From Paramecium tetraurelia (taxonomy: Eukaryota): a stretch of DNA of 52,637 bases. The notes under the pieces were generated by a model that was given only the letters and a program-made list of their open reading frames with translations, ran no database searches and was not told where the DNA came from. Shown here one piece after another: positions 23,799-36,782 of this stretch. Where the stretch lies: contig CT867999.1 in assembly GCA_000165425.1 (NCBI GenBank), positions 248,001 to 300,637 on the forward strand. The letters run 5' to 3'. The translations under genes were made by a program, and so were the position numbers. How positions within the stretch are numbered: the stretch's first letter is position 1; each line of letters begins with the position of its first letter.

Positions 23799-26023
23799 TC
23801 AAACAAATGTTAACATGATAACTTCGCATGCTGTGATATTTGGCATAGGGGATCCAAATAAGCGATTTTTTACATTATGTATATTATATTGATTACATTA
23901 ATATGATACACCTAATTGTGATGATCCAGATTAAAAGCCTGAATTTATATAGAGATCATTTAACCCAAAGGCGAATAGATCTTTTGTAAAATAAATTGCT
24001 TTTGATTTATCTTGAATAGGATAAAATTCTTTGTTGGTTTAAGAAAATAAAAATGATTATGCTTGTTCATCTATTTGATATGCTCCACTTTATATTAAAA
24101 ATTAACAAGGACTAAACCCACCAAAAATGGATTCAGATTATGACTTAAATACAAACAATAAATTAGACATTTTATCTATGCTTTTGATAAAAATATCTGT
24201 ATATAAGCCCTAATTCTTTGAAGAATACAACAAATATTTATTTTTTATTTTTTTATTAGTTCTTTTCTCTAAGTATTAATATAATTCAGATGCGTAATCT
24301 TTGGTTAATAATGATATTTCTCCTTTTACAAAGGAATGGTTTCTTATCTTATATATTTATTCTAATTCTTCAATTTTATCAGAAAGCCAATCAATATCTT
24401 TAATCTTAGCTTTTGCTTACAATAATTATTCATTCGATTTTTCAACAAGTTCTTCTTATTCCTTTAACTTTTATTTATTCTAATTATCTTATAATAATAA
24501 TTCATCTAATTATAATTAGGTCCTTTACAGTTCATCGATCTTCTTAAAGCTTTCCAATTTAGTTTAGTTTTCTTAGAATAATTTATACCATTTTTATTAA
24601 TTCAAAAGTGCTTCATTTTGATTTTCCAAATCTTATTATTACAACTTTGTAAGTTTTCCTTTTTGTTATAATTCCTGTTCTTCTTTTTTGAAAGAACTTA
24701 AAGAGTTAAATGACATTTCAAAGAATGATAAATATAAATCTTGAATAGTTGATTTTTTAAGAAATTCTACTAATTCTTATTCATTTTCTGAATCATTTGA
24801 TCTTTTTGGTTCTAAATAAATATAATATTATACATGTATCAAAGTTTTACAGCCACTAAATTTAATTTTCAACAAGTAAGTTTTCTTTAATTAATTCATC
24901 TAATACTTTCTTTTGACTATTGTAAAATTTTGAATCTTCTTAATTTGAAATTTATTCTTACTTTTTTTATTAATCTGTTTAACCAAGAATTTTAATAATT
25001 TCATAAAGACTTTGTTTCTTTTAATTCTATAATCGAGTATCTTTCAATTTCATAATTTATTCGTATTCCTTTGGTTCTTTCTTTAACTGGTCATTTAAAG
25101 ATTAAATCATTTTATTCAATTCCTAATTATACTTTTCTTATAATTTCTTAATGAGTCCAATAGCTTAATTAAGTCTTGATTACCTTTATAATCTTTTTTC
25201 ACACTGATCTTTAATGTATTCATTCCATTTTTCGTCAGCCTTCTTCAAAGATATTGTATTAGCAACAGCCTTATTACCTCTAGTTAATAGATCTTATGCA
25301 CATTCAACACATAAAAAAGGGTTTGTTTATTCAAATTCTATTTGATTTAAATTAAACATAATAATCTCCATTTTATGACTTTCGCAAATAAAATTTAAAG
25401 CTGGAGTTCTCTTTTGTTTATCATCCATCAGTAAATTAATTGAGCATGTCTATTCTATAGTCATTATTTCTTTGTCTACATCTTGCAATTATTCAAAATT
25501 TTCAAAATTAATAAATTATTTTTTTTATTTCAATTAAAAATTCTGTAATTTCCTTATAATCTATATTGGGAGAAGGACTTGCTATTTTACCATCTTCCTA
25601 GTAACAACTTGACAACAATTTAATATCGTCTGTGATAGCAGATTCTTGTACTGATTGTAATTTTTTCTATTCATTATTTATTTATGCATCTAGCTGCTTC
25701 TTTAAATCCTCGAACTTGGTCTAATATTCTCCTTATATCAATTTTATCACCTCAGATAGTTTTTAAAAACTCTCCTTTGTTTATTAATGTTTTTGGACTG
25801 TATTCTTTTTTAACTCTTCATTCACAAATTTTCCCTTATTTTTTGCTTCTTCATAAAGAATAATTTTTTTAGTTCCAATTTTCTCAATTAAGCATTTCAC
25901 ACAATAGTATTTCTTTTAATCATTTTCTTTATTAAATTCCTCTGAAAGGTCCACAGCAAGAATTTAACAACCTTTATGGTCATTTTTAATGCATTCCTTT
26001 ACAACTCCTTCTTCCTTTATCAT
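23799..26023 (-). CDS. Family copy B: Cys/His modules, coiled coil, TLDc; +1 frameshift (TTT-TGA at 25502-25507), so a possible pseudogene or sequence error
   Basis: Full-length homology to copy C. Intron at 24812-24833; lacks the first intron. One extra base relative to C gives an in-frame TGA at 25502-25504. Confidence 0.75.
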
Positions 26024-26766
26024 TTCTTAATTTATTTATTCATTTTTTATTGTTCTTGTTAGTTATTAAATTTGATTAATAGAATTGCAAAAATATATAG
26101 AATGATAGAATTTCAATTTTATCCCTAAAATAAAATTGAATCAATTTTTAGAGTTCTGGTATGTAGACTACTTTAGAAGGTTTTATATAATTTGAAGATC
26201 TAATAATTTGTCTTATGCAACTTTTAATAAGATAATAGATCAGATAGAAATGAATTATTACTTCTCAATTTTCAGAATCCAAAATAATAATAATATTGAA
26301 GGTTTAATTGATTCAAATATAAGTTTAAATAATTTATCTAATTAATCCAAACAATTAATCTCAAAGTTGTCACTAAAGTACGAAAGAAATTATTATATGT
26401 ATAGAATCGCAAAATTAGGAAACTTGTTAATTTCATGAATACCAATATTTGCCGCTGTTATCCTTAGAGCAGAAAACAATTATCATCATCGAATTTATTG
26501 TGAGCCTTCATCCAAAATAATATAATGTTTTAGAAACAGAATTTGTCTGGTTAATTAATTCCATCTTAATATTAACAAATTTTGGAATTAGATCCATAAT
26601 TGAGAAATTTAAGGAAGCAATAAATGAGCTATTTAATATAAAATTAAGATTTTTTCATATTATGATAATATATATTTTCAAACACAATAGAATATTTTTT
26701 CTCTTTAAATAATTATGATTTTATTGGTTTTTTCATTAAAAAAATTATTACCTAAGATTGATTGAT

Positions 26767-27108
26767 ATGTCTCTTTATTGTTCTGATCCATTTGATTGTT
26801 CAGATAATTCGTAACATGATGAAAAAATCCAATCTAATTAAATGGCACTTTACTAAAATCATGTAATAATATTTTAGATTTCTTAGGGGACGAGTCAACA
26901 AGTAAAAATAAAATCTAGTGATAACAAATTTAAAGTATCCATTAAAGATAAAGAACAAGTGGTTTACAGATAAAATGAAAGCGATTATGACTCTTAAAGA
27001 ATTTAGAATACTTATAAGGTATCTTAAACCAATTATTAAAACCCATATAATGGATAAAATTAAGTTGTGACCAAATATAAGGTCACCTAAAAGTCTTAAT
27101 TTAACTGA
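26767..27108 (+). CDS. Small hypothetical protein (~105 aa)
   Basis: ATG TCT CTT TAT TGT..., a 24-nt GT-AG candidate intron, and an open code-6 frame to TGA at 27106-27108. No recognised domain. Confidence 0.5.
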
Positions 27109-27597
27109 ATCAGATAAGAAAGTGATTCTATATTTATTAATAGAATAATTTAAAATTATAAATTATATTAATCCTCCAAAAATCAATAAATGAATTGAAT
27201 TATAGCAAAAAATTTAAGGTAATTGATTCCATGTTATTAATGAAAAAGAATCTTATACATATTGAATGATTTAGGCAATTAAGTTAAATTTGTTTGCACT
27301 TCTTTATAGAATATCATTTAATAATTCATTATCCTGTTTTATATAATGATGTTGAATTAAAGTAACTTATTTATACCAATCAAATGAGTTTTAATTTCTC
27401 TGGCTTTGTTGAAAATTATAATTTTTTATTCTTATTCTTATTGCTTATTAATTATTAATTATGAATAAGAATATTCAAATATTGAGAATAAAAATACTGT
27501 TAAATTGGATAGAGACAAATCAATAAATATACATAGAAAGCTTGTAGAAATTAAAATGGACATAATTTATAGTTAATAATAATTGGAAATATTTTAC

Positions 27598-28337
27598 TCA
27601 TTCTCCTAAATCTTTATATTCTAATGCTCTTGTTAATGGTAATGTTTATGGATAGACTTTTTCTTATTCTAATTCAATTTTGATATCCCCTAGATACAGT
27701 TCATTATATTCCTCAATGGACATAAATCTTTTGTGCAGCAACATGTTAATATCATCTAAATTGATTGGGACATCGTTTGCTATTTTATTTTGTTATTTGT
27801 CTTTTTAAGTTTTTGCACTGTGTTTAATTCCAGCATTACATACTTGTTAATACAATTCCCAAACTCTCTCTTAACACTAGGCTTCAGTTTTATCCATGTC
27901 TGACAATTGTGGGCCAGTTTAGAATAAGTTTTCACAATACCACCTGTCAAAACACCTTGTAGGGTTGTCCTCATTCACAGTAACAATATTAATCATGCTA
28001 TAGATGTTCTTTTCCTTTCTATACTCAGTATACAGATTGCGCATCCAAAGATTCATTACATGTGATTGAGTTTCGACTAGATGTAAACTAAAGAGACCTC
28101 GAATTAAGAGAAAGCCTGAGATTTAACCTTGAGTGTCACTCAACTCTTTAATCTAAAATCAAAGGATAATATAACTTATTTCGTCAAAACTTATTCAACG
28201 TCGATTTTTTGAATAGCACTTTCACTAAAATAAGTAGCATAAACCATTCTACTAATCGGCACTTGTTTTTCTTCTCTTTTCTCCTTAACAATGTCATATA
28301 ATGAAACTCTTTATTCGACTTGAATTTCTTAATTCAT
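27598..28337 (-). CDS. TEX47/C7orf62-like protein (BLUF-like fold)
   Basis: ISRMVYATY...ISGFLLIRGLFSLHLVET...VNEDNPTRCFDRWYC...FMSIEEYNELYLGDIKIELEQEKVYP; one 23-nt intron. Confidence 0.7.
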
Positions 28338-28385
28338 ATTGATTAATTTATATATATAATTAATTAATATTATACTTCAATCAGA

Positions 28386-30517
28386 TCATCTTTTGTAGTT
28401 TAATTCATAAACATTGTTTCCTCTCATGATGAGCATGCAGTCATAATTTAATTTGCTTATGAAATCACCTAAATCTCCAACTTATAGATTTATCTTTCTG
28501 GCAGTGTTCTTCAATTCCTCCATTGAAAATTCATAGGAATCCTTCTACAATGAAACCTTATGCAATTCATCCAAGAAGATTTAAGTTTGCTTGGGTTTTG
28601 ATAAGGTACCAATGTTTTTGGAATTGTTGATCGAACTGGCTTAACCCTTTTTGTTAGTCGATTGATTGCCCAATCCACTGATAAAACAATCGAATCTGCT
28701 TTCTTCAAAAATGTCAATTGCAAATTGTGCATCTTCTTCAGTTACTTCTTATCTCAAGCATAATTTAGCCTTTGCTTGAGACAATCGAATAAGTGATTCT
28801 AATTATCTACTTGTAATTGGCATTCCAAATGCAGTTTGTCTAATTTTCAAGTAATAAGAAGCTATAAGCTTTTAGGCTCCTAAAGTAAGCACCGATTTAA
28901 TATTTTTTACATGGGCAATAATCTTCTTCATCAATTGATATGGCAATTCTTAATTAATTTGATTGGAGTGTAAACGTTCATTTAAAGTTCTATAGGCATT
29001 GGGAGTTTTCACATCATCAGTATTATTGAATTTGATTCTTGAAGTTTTCATATTATGAAAATTCATGATATGTTCAGACAACTTCTAATCTCTTTCCATA
29101 TCTGGTTCATCTATCAACAGGTAAATCAAATCAAATCTAGATAACAACGTATTTTAAATTTTCAAGTTTTCGATTAGTGATTTAGTTTTATTAAAATGAC
29201 CTTATGCTGGATTGGCAGTTGCTATGATAGTAGTTCTAGCATAGAATTAACACATAACAGCACTTTTTGCTAAAGTGATCGTTTGCTGTTCCATTGCTTC
29301 CAACAAAGCATAATGTTGACTCTACATTTTATCAATTTCATCCAAACAACAAACTCCATTATCAGCCAATACTAATGCACCAGCATCTATAATAGTATCA
29401 TCATTCTTATGATTGACTGAACAAGTTAAACCGCATTGTGAGACAGCAGTGCCTGAAACGTATATCGAACGAGTTGAAAGTAAATGAGCAAATTTCAATA
29501 ACTGACTCTTTCCTTAGCCAGGATCACCTACCAATAAACAATGTGAGGCATTTCTGTTACAAGTACTACCTCCTACTAGAGACAAAAGTAACCCAGCTTT
29601 TACAATCTCATGTCCATAAATACTTGGACAGAAGTTATTAATCAAAGCATAAAACAACTCTCCACTTTTGGCCAGATCATTGACTGTCTTGATTTCATGT
29701 CTTGTAAAGCTTTCATTAATTTATTCATGTTTAACATGATAGGCTTGTATGTATTTGACATACAGAGAACTCTTTTGTTCATCTTGGATTGTCTTCACTA
29801 TCCCATGGACTATTATCTCATCTCCTGACATAAAACAATTCACATAGAGATCTCTCAATTCCACTTCTATTTACAATTCATTCAGTTTGATTTTCTAGTA
29901 TAATACAGCATCACTTCTATTCCTATCTAGCTTCATAGTATTAGAACTCCCGCATTTATTACATTGATTCACCTTTGGAATAGACCCATCTGAATTAACA
30001 TAATATTCTAATTTTATTTTATTTAATTACTTTCATATTCATCGCATGAAATACAAACAAAACAGGCTCTCTCTAATAATAATTTCGATGAACCAGTTGT
30101 AATGATGGTTCCCATGATTGCTATATATTTGCCAATATCTTGTGAGGCTAATTTTTTTGATAAGGGAATATTATGAAGTCGGCAAATCACTTTTTTGTTA
30201 TTATTTAAACTTGAAATTGCCAATGAAATTGAGTTAATCCAATCCTGAGGGTCATTTATGAATAAACTTTGAAGTTGTTCACCATCATCAATGAGTTTGA
30301 ATAATTGTTGGATGTCAATCTTGCATTCAATCAAATTTGGAGTATGTTGATATTCAATTATTGAATCATTTTCTTGGAATAATTTGTAAAATAAGATTAT
30401 CATATTATGAACATTGTCTTGGAGATCGATTGTTTCTTTAGCAGGTTTGTTGAAATAATCATTCCAAATTGTTAGTAGATGGTTATAATCCTTATTATTT
30501 TATACTTATGAAGCCAT
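28386..30517 (-). CDS. MCM8: MCM8 DNA helicase
   Basis: GHEIVKAGLLLSLVGG, HCLLVGDPGQGKSQLL (Walker A), DAGALVLADNGVCCLDEIDKM, GHFNKTKSLIENLKIQNTLLSRFDL, PITSRQLESLIRLSQAKAK. The C-terminal LIMRGNNVYEL favours MCM8 over MCM2-7/9. Confidence 0.88.
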
Positions 30518-31022
30518 AGAATATAATTATTTTAAATAATTCAAATTAAAATTCCCATTATTTTATTTTATACTATCACTTTGTATTGAGTGATTCCTCA
30601 CTTATATACATTAACCCATTTATTCATATTTAAAAAATTAACTAATTAATTGGTAAAATAATAATAATAATAAAATGTTATTGTTTTTCAAATATATCAT
30701 TATATATACATTCCCCCTATTTCATCAATCTACGTTTCAATATTAAAATGTGATTAATCGAAGTCTCATTATATTGACATCAAATAATTTCAATTTATAA
30801 TTGTTATTTGATTCCCTTCCATTTAATAATATTATTGTTAGTTTAAAATACTTAAACTTGTGACATAAGATTTTAAATAGTTTTCTTTAGTTTTAACCTG
30901 CTAATATAGTAGTCTATTGGTAATTTGAAAGCCCATCCTTGAATACAATGGTTTCCCTGATATTCAATATCATTTTAGCAGTTTAATTCTTCATATTGAA
31001 ATCATGATTTTTATGAATTAAA

Positions 31023-32489
31023 ATGTAATCTTATGACAAAGCATTATTTAATGTACAAGTGATACGGAAACACTTCTTCAAGGACAAAGTGTACCAATTA
31101 TATTTATTTGCTGATGAATTGGTTATGACTGATGTAAGTTGATCTTCAAACTAGGATCTGACTAAAACTCCAAAATACAATTTAAAAACGAATTTAACAA
31201 CTACGATAAAGTGGATATGTGAGAATAAGAGGATAGTGGCTTTTGAATTTTCATATAACGGCAGATTGAAAGAGGTCTATGGACAAAAGTTGAATCTACT
31301 CAAAGAGATGCTTGCTGGGAAAGTATTTTTCAGTCCAGTGTCCACCTTCTACTAATTCCATATGGAAATAGGCAGCGGAATGACTGGATCAGTATATCGG
31401 TGTATATCCACAGAAAACAGCGAGGAGTATTTCGCAATCAAGAAAGTAGACAAGATGAAAATAACCCAAAATGATGGAGCAATTGTATTTAATTCTTAAA
31501 CCCTAAGCCTCAACTAATACATGAGCTCAGTCTATTGAACTAATTATAGCATCCTAGCATTGTTAAATTGAAGGAAACCTATGTGGATCAACAAAACTAT
31601 TATATCGTGATGGAATACATAAACGGGAAGACTTTGTATACAGAATTGTAGAGTAGAAATTACGGACTCTCGGTTAATGAATCGATAAAGATCATGAAAG
31701 TAAGATATGGATAGAGTCTTAGGAATTATTGGAGGCAATTATATACATTCACAATAAGGGTATAATGCACAGAGATATCAACCCTTTGAATATAATGAAA
31801 GCCGAAACTGTAAAGCTGATTGACTTTGGCTTGGCCAGAAAGGTTAGAAATTAGTTAATATTTCCCTCTTCAGGAACCCCTGGATATATGGCTCCAGAGA
31901 TCATTAACTTCAATAAGGACAAACCCTACGATGAGAAAGCAGACATCTATAGCCTTGGATGTGTTCTGTTTAAATTGTATGAGATCACATTTTAACTCAA
32001 AGGTTGACTGGGGAGAATCTATTTACTACAAAATAGAGCAAATAGACTATATACTAATCAAACAAGCAAGGAGTTTTTGAATTAAAAAAGTAATTGCAAC
32101 ATCCAGAATGCAATTCAAATAAAATGGATTAATTGTTCGTATGATCATTAATAAATATATAGATTCTTCTTCCATATATGCTGGAATCTAATCCACAGTC
32201 GAGACTAAACGCAAAGGTTTGTCTAACCATTCTAGAGGAAATCGAAACCAACAATCTCCAGGTTGAAAGACTAATTAAAAAGATCTTAATTAGAAAATAA
32301 TTGGCTTTCAATACATCTGAGGACTATTAACAAGATAAAAAGAGTGATGAGAAATCTTAAAAAGGTAAGTTTCGATAATCTATTGATGCATTATCAAAAA
32401 GGAGTTTGGATGAAATTTCAGTGTTTACAAAAAATGTTATGTTACAAAATTAATAACGAGTTATACTTCCTTAGAAAAAATAACCTTGA
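31023..32489 (+). CDS. Ser/Thr protein kinase (CAMK-like) with an N-terminal PH-like region
   Basis: [52 protein letters not shown]-terminal [17 protein letters not shown]. Confidence 0.9.
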
Positions 32490-32799
32490 AACGTTAATGA
32501 ATCTTTTCTATTTCAAAATGTAATTGTTATAGATACAATACAATATGTATAATGCTCAAAAATGAATATATTTTCATCCAAGTTTTCGTCTGCCAATATA
32601 TCATAAGGATGCCAATTCATATCTTTAATTTTCAATTATCTTTTAGCTGTTTCTTAATTTAATTTTTCTATTATTTTCCATTCTATATTTAGTACCTTCT
32701 TCAAGCTATAGCTAATTCTGAACTTAACATCCAAAAATACCTTAATCAATGAGCAAATAAAATTTATAATAATAAAAAATATTTATATATAGTAAAAAT

Positions 32800-33333
32800 T
32801 CAGTAGAGCTTCTGTTTTAATAAATGAATTGTTGAATATGAATCTTTCCTCATTTTTTTAGGTTTGTTATTTTAGTTTTTTGTAGTTTAAGGCAAGGAAG
32901 TTGGACATTTCTTTGGTTTAAATGGACACTCCACACTTTATCTCTGTTGTTGTATGACTTCCTTTACTTTGATGGTTTATTTTACTTAATTCAACCACCG
33001 AATTTGTCTGTCATAGAAGACAACATTTTTTGGGGATGAATAAGTGGATTTATGTTTTGAGCTACAGTTAACAACATTTTAATTTTTTTCAGGAGAGCCT
33101 GAGATAGTGTTGAAGTTGGTGTCAATGGAAATCAAGGCTCTTCTTGTTTATTTCTTTTGTTTTTATGCCTGAAGAAGATTGGAGAAGTTTTAGAAGGGAT
33201 CAACCACATTTTCTTATTTAGTTGACAGGGGAGTTCGATTTGGCTAATAGTTTTCAGTTTCTTGAATTTACAAGCTATCTTCTCCTATGATTATGTAATC
33301 ATGAGCTATTTCATATAAAGCAGACCGAAGCAT
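32800..33333 (-). CDS. Hypothetical protein
   Basis: Intronless open code-6 frame from ATG 33333 to TGA 32800; contains FYDRQIRWL and ECPFKP segments. Confidence 0.7.
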
Positions 33334-33359
33334 TAATTTAACAACTATTTATTAATATT

Positions 33360-35171
33360 ATGGGATGTCTATTTGGAAAATAAGAATAAGCGTAAAATAG
33401 GTATCAAATGAAAGAATATGACAAATTTAAAGTTCTGCAATTAAGTATAAGATATGGTTAATATCATCTAAGTTCAAAGCAGTGAAGAGATGTTTTTAAT
33501 TTTTAATCTTTAGGTATATTTATAACTAAATAGGGCGCATGGTATATGACATTATTAAACTTGTAGGAATCACTGGATTTATCAGAAATGTGATGGCAAA
33601 CTTCTATCGTTTTTAAGTAATATATAAATCATTATATTCTTTTTTAGGTTAGGTGCATTAGGATCAGCAAGTATTCGCCCAATTATTTCCCATAAACAAA
33701 CAAAATTTCAAATTAGCAGTAACATATGCTAAATATCCATCAAGTTGAGCAATTTGCCTAAGCCCTTGTTTTACTAAATAATATAATCTGATGAAGCTTT
33801 TTTAAAAAAGAATATGATCAACAAAGAAGAGGTTTTTAATGAACAATACTCGTGTTTTGATGAGTCTGAAATCGAAATGGAATAAGAGCCAGAGATTGAC
33901 TTGGCGAATTAGTCATTGGACCTATCTGGCATAGACAATAATAATAATAATGTATCTCCAATAAAGAAAGCCAATTTTGATGATGAGAATATAAATCATC
34001 AAAAGTTGATCTTGGATTACTTGGATCATTATTGTCCCCAAACAGAGGAATAATATTACAAATGGTTGATAAGTGAAAAAGTGATTTAATATCTTCAGCA
34101 ATCCCTATTTATCAATTTGTGGTTCAATCAGTTGGACTTGGAGGAGAAATTTGTATGGTAGAAATCCAATACAAATGCCTTTGTCAAAAGAAAATTTTAA
34201 TTGATTGAAAATAAATTGCTTATTCTTTACGGATCAGAACATCAGGACATCATTGGTATTGAATCATATAATAATAAGAAATCATCCCTTTAGCTTACTC
34301 AATCATACAGGAAATCCCTAAGCAATAATATGTGAATAAATTTGGAATTGCAATTAAATGTGATAAATTGAAGCTGGAGGTTTAACTGTTTTTTGATACT
34401 CAGTTGGAATTGCATTAACTTTATTGTCCCTATTCTTAGAAATATCAAATTTTAAATAATAATAACAAATAGCATATTGAATGCGTTAACAAATCTTTGG
34501 GATTGAAACTATCCATTCAATAATTTAAATTAGACAATAGTTCTATTTCAAATTTGATTATTCACGATTCAGTGTCAAATTTTAAGGGAGTTATCAAATG
34601 TCATGAAATCCAATTTGAAAATACAACAACAATTCATTAAATTTGTGAAAACATCCCATTTACTCTTGATGAATATCTATCCCAAATAAAACAATTAAGT
34701 GGTATGACACTTGTGATTTAATTAGAATTCCAAATCAGATTGATAGCCAAATAGTTGTTGGTGATCTTCCATTACGTTCATATGATGGGAGTGATTATAG
34801 TTTGTTTGAATCCAAATTAAATAGGAGTTCTTCCAAATAAACAAGAACCAGATTCGATTGAGAAGGTGGCCATTTGCAATTTCAGTTATTCCACTTATTC
34901 ATTCAAGTTGTATAATAGACAAAAGTTATCGGAGTTTGCTTGTCCTGAGGCAAGCACAGGGTAGATGTTTGATGAATCTGTAGATTCCTACTTACTATAC
35001 AAATTATTGATGTATATAATTAGAGGATAGCAGCTATCTCCAAACTTCAAGGACTTGCTGAATAAGTTGGAGAAGAGAATTCCAATTGAGAAGGCTTTGC
35101 AACACGATTTGTTTAAGGATGAAACAATAACGAAGAAGGCTATTGAAAACATGGTTATATTGAAGAACTGA
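33360..35171 (+). CDS. Probable lipid-anchored PH-like plus degenerate kinase-fold protein (pseudokinase)
   Basis: MGCLFGK start (myristoyl/palmitoyl-like); FVKRKFQLIENKLLIL (PH-like); VAICNFS in place of DFG, FACPE, DESVDSY, RIPIEKALQHDLF. Confidence 0.6.
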
Positions 35172-35210
35172 TAATTAAATGAATAAAATACAGCAGATAT
35201 ATTACAAAAT

Positions 35211-36750
35211 TCAATCCCGTAATTTCAAATCTGATTTCTCAAAGTTTTCTAATTTCGATTTTCTTCTATGATAATTTGCATATATTATTAATGTACTTAT
35301 AAAACCACTTAATAAAAATAATTTATCAATTTTTTCATAGTGGCTTAATATTTCAATACCTTAAGAATATTCTTTCAGATTAGATATGAAGCTATCTGGT
35401 AAGCTTGTTTGCAATAAAATAACTGTTGATAAAAGATACACTCCAAACACCTCTGCAATAAATAGCACCATAATTTCATAAGGTAATTTCTGTAGAACTG
35501 CCATGCCCATAAAAGTATTGAAGATGTTAACTAAGTTCAAGGAGAATGATCTAACATTGCTGAACATCAAGTAACCCATAAAAATGAATGTCCCATACAT
35601 AGCAAGAGTCTCATAAGTGATTTGATCCAATTCAAATCCAAAAAATGGCAAGATAACTTTTAAAATCCTACTGATTGGATCTATTGACTTCTTCCTTCCC
35701 CAAATTGCATTGATTGTACTCATTATCATTTTGTAAATACAATAAATCAATACAATCCATGCCAATCTCTTAAGGAATTTGCCATAAAAAGATTTTGATT
35801 GATAGTACCTGGTCTCTTCATCGATGTAGTCTTTGAAATGATCATACAATTAACTGTGAATGGCCTTCAATTAACGTAGTTCTTCCTTCAAATCTTTTCT
35901 TTACTGTGATTCTGTAGGTGTCTTTTTAAACCAACTCGTTATTCTGGCCCAAAAGAAAGTTGGCTTCTCCTCCCCAATCAGTTTATGTCTATATTGCTCA
36001 TTGATCAAAACCAATTTCACCACTGACTTTTCGATTTCCGCAAGAATGAAATAGATGTTGCTTACAATCGCCTTTTTGCCTTATTTCACCTTGTTAACTA
36101 TTCTAAATATAGATTTTACTATCTAAACTAATCATCTGGAAATATGCCCAAGGACAATACACTGCACCGAATCCTGACAGAATTCCTATCATATATGTTC
36201 CTATGTTGGTGATGAAATCTATTTGGGAAGCCAGCTTAAAATCTATATTAGTGGGATGGAACTTCTACACTAAATACAAAATTATAAGAATTATAGATAG
36301 AAATCCAGCAATGCCTTTAGGAATAGATTGAATACTTACATAGTTTAGGGTATTTGTTAAAGCCCCACCTATGGAATATGAAAATCAATGATAAAGAAGG
36401 CAATATGTAAAGCAATAATAAAACGTCGCTAAATAAAGTGAATGACCATAATTTTGGTCGAGTTTATGATTGTCCAATCTTGAAGATCTCAAAAATGAAC
36501 ATCCCCAATGCCATAGTACTCAAACTAAAGGTTAAACAAAATAAAAAGATCGTGAATTTTGAGTGGATATCATAATCTGGAACAATGAATGACTTAATAA
36601 TAGATGCAAAATTACTGTCAGCAACCAATATCCCAAAATCATTGCGGCGATCAAACAGCAGAAGTATATAATCCATCCTAGCCAACTCTCTATATTGAAC
36701 CAGGCAATCGGGTCTATGAACTCATACCAAGCATTTTAATCATTCAACAT
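35211..36750 (-). CDS. GPR89: Golgi pH regulator / GPR89 (GTG-type) membrane protein
   Basis: LFCLTFSLSTMALGMFIFEI, IGTYMIGILSGFGAV, YCIYKMIMSTINAIWGRKKSIDPISR, IAEVFGVYLLSTVILL. Confidence 0.9.
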
Positions 36751-36782
36751 TAATTATGTGTTTATTTAATTAAAATAATTAA

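Noticed and set aside
24812..24833. The 10-nt TA-bounded difference between the B/C intron and the A remnant as an IES
   Set aside because: It is much shorter than the ~26 bp minimum Paramecium IES, and TA boundaries are expected by chance in such AT-rich DNA.
26100..26700. Coding-like AT-rich sequence upstream of copy B
   Set aside because: Frames are interrupted by TGA with no recognisable domain; I cannot distinguish a gene relic from intergenic DNA.
32510..32745. Minus-strand open stretch (..KRQLKIKDMNWHPYDILADENLDENIFIFE..) faintly reminiscent of CKS1
   Set aside because: No in-frame start was found and the similarity is too weak to support; it could be a remnant.
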